A stretch of 64,000 nt of DNA from Raja brachyura (Eukaryota). Numbering within the stretch: position 1 is the stretch's first letter; the number at the start of each line of letters is the position of its first letter. The DNA lies in contig OY740781.1 of NCBI GenBank assembly GCA_963514005.1, forward strand, positions 143,840,001 to 143,904,000. Direction: 5' to 3'. The notes below the pieces were generated by a model. It was given only the letters and a program-made list of their open reading frames with translations. It searched no databases and was not told the origin of the DNA. The translations under genes were made by a program, and so were the position numbers. Shown piece after piece: positions 62,926 to 64,000 of the stretch.

Positions 62926-64000
62926 TCAAGCTCACTGGATCTGCCTCTGACCACTTTGTATATTGAACATTCATTTAAACCTAGTCGGATGCTAAGAGAT
63001 GTATTCTCCATTAACTTCTGAGCATCTACAAAAATGGGCTTCTGACTGCAGACTAGCTTTAGATTTTAATAAATATACATTTCTGTCTTTATTGGAAATT
63101 TGCTTGAAAATAGTATCTGGTATTTTCTTCTGATGCATGAGGAAATTCTACCTAAATGAGTACCTATAATCTTAGAATTTAGACTACAAATTAAAATTGT
63201 CAATGGATACACCACATTCTAAGTTCTATCGTATCGTGTTATTAAGTCTCGGAAGAAGGCATATAACTGAACTACAGTTATTCAATATGCTGAATTTACG
63301 CACACCGTTCCAATTTAACACACTTATAATAGTTAGAACCTTGAACAACAATAAAGATGTTCATAGCTCTGAAGCCCAGCAACACACCCAAATTTTATAT
63401 TCTTCAGAAGGCGAATGCAATGACTTTAAAATGTAATATTGTTCAACTGATTAGAGAAAAAAAAACAATTTATTTTCATTTCCTTTCTTTTTGCAATTAC
63501 CAAACTAATTATTTCAGGCCCGAATGCTTTACTGCTTATGCCAAATTTGCATGGTCACAGTTTGCAAAACAAGATCAGTCAGGCAGGATCATCATGGAAG
63601 AATGTCACAGGACAAGGGTAATTGTCAAAGGATCACATATTAGGTCATTAGGTCAATATTTCATGTAAAAATGCAGAACTAAAGTGATCAAAGCAAGACT
63701 AACGGTAAGAATTTTAACAGTAATTAAGGCACATTCTGATCAAAGTATGGCCAGCAACCAAAAATCTTAAGAACAAGACCAGGAAATCCATAAAATATTA
63801 GTTTAAAGAGAAAATCTTTCACCCTTCATAGAAAGACATCCGACACATATCGGATCATTTTTCCTTTCTTTAAAATTATAATTCGATTTGACCCCTTGCT
63901 CGGATCCCACAGATCCAAAGGACTTCTCATACCCTCTATTTATTTGCCCAAGCGCGAGTTAGTGTGTGCAGGTTGTTCAACCTTAAAAGCCTCACCATTC

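Overview
Vertebrate genomic DNA. The repeat content (CR1/HER1-type LINEs, HE1-type V-SINEs, Deu-domain SINEs, Penelope pLTRs, Tc1) points to a cartilaginous fish, probably a skate or ray. The window holds the last seven coding exons of JADE1/PHF17 on the + strand (12310-~45950) and the last six coding exons of SCLT1 on the - strand (61241-50448). The genes lie tail-to-tail, as in mammals. The most unusual signal is in the non-repeat parts of the JADE1 introns. By eye, three large introns (window start-12309, 27825-38208, 38327-44978) each read as a kilobase-scale, colinearly nested, G·U-rich fold-back on the sense strand. The helices continue in register across younger transposon insertions and bring the two ends of each intron together. 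Other points: an intact minimal hammerhead-ribozyme core inside a Penelope-derived hairpin nested in a Tc1 element; a +1 frameshift that separates the conserved JADE1 C-terminus (TDIIRRSILAS) from the main ORF; a possible JADE1S-like intronic read-through isoform; and a young Harbinger MITE inside a CR1. All RNA-structure calls are manual and need computational and comparative testing. Repeat boundaries are approximate. Comparisons to human proteins are from memory.
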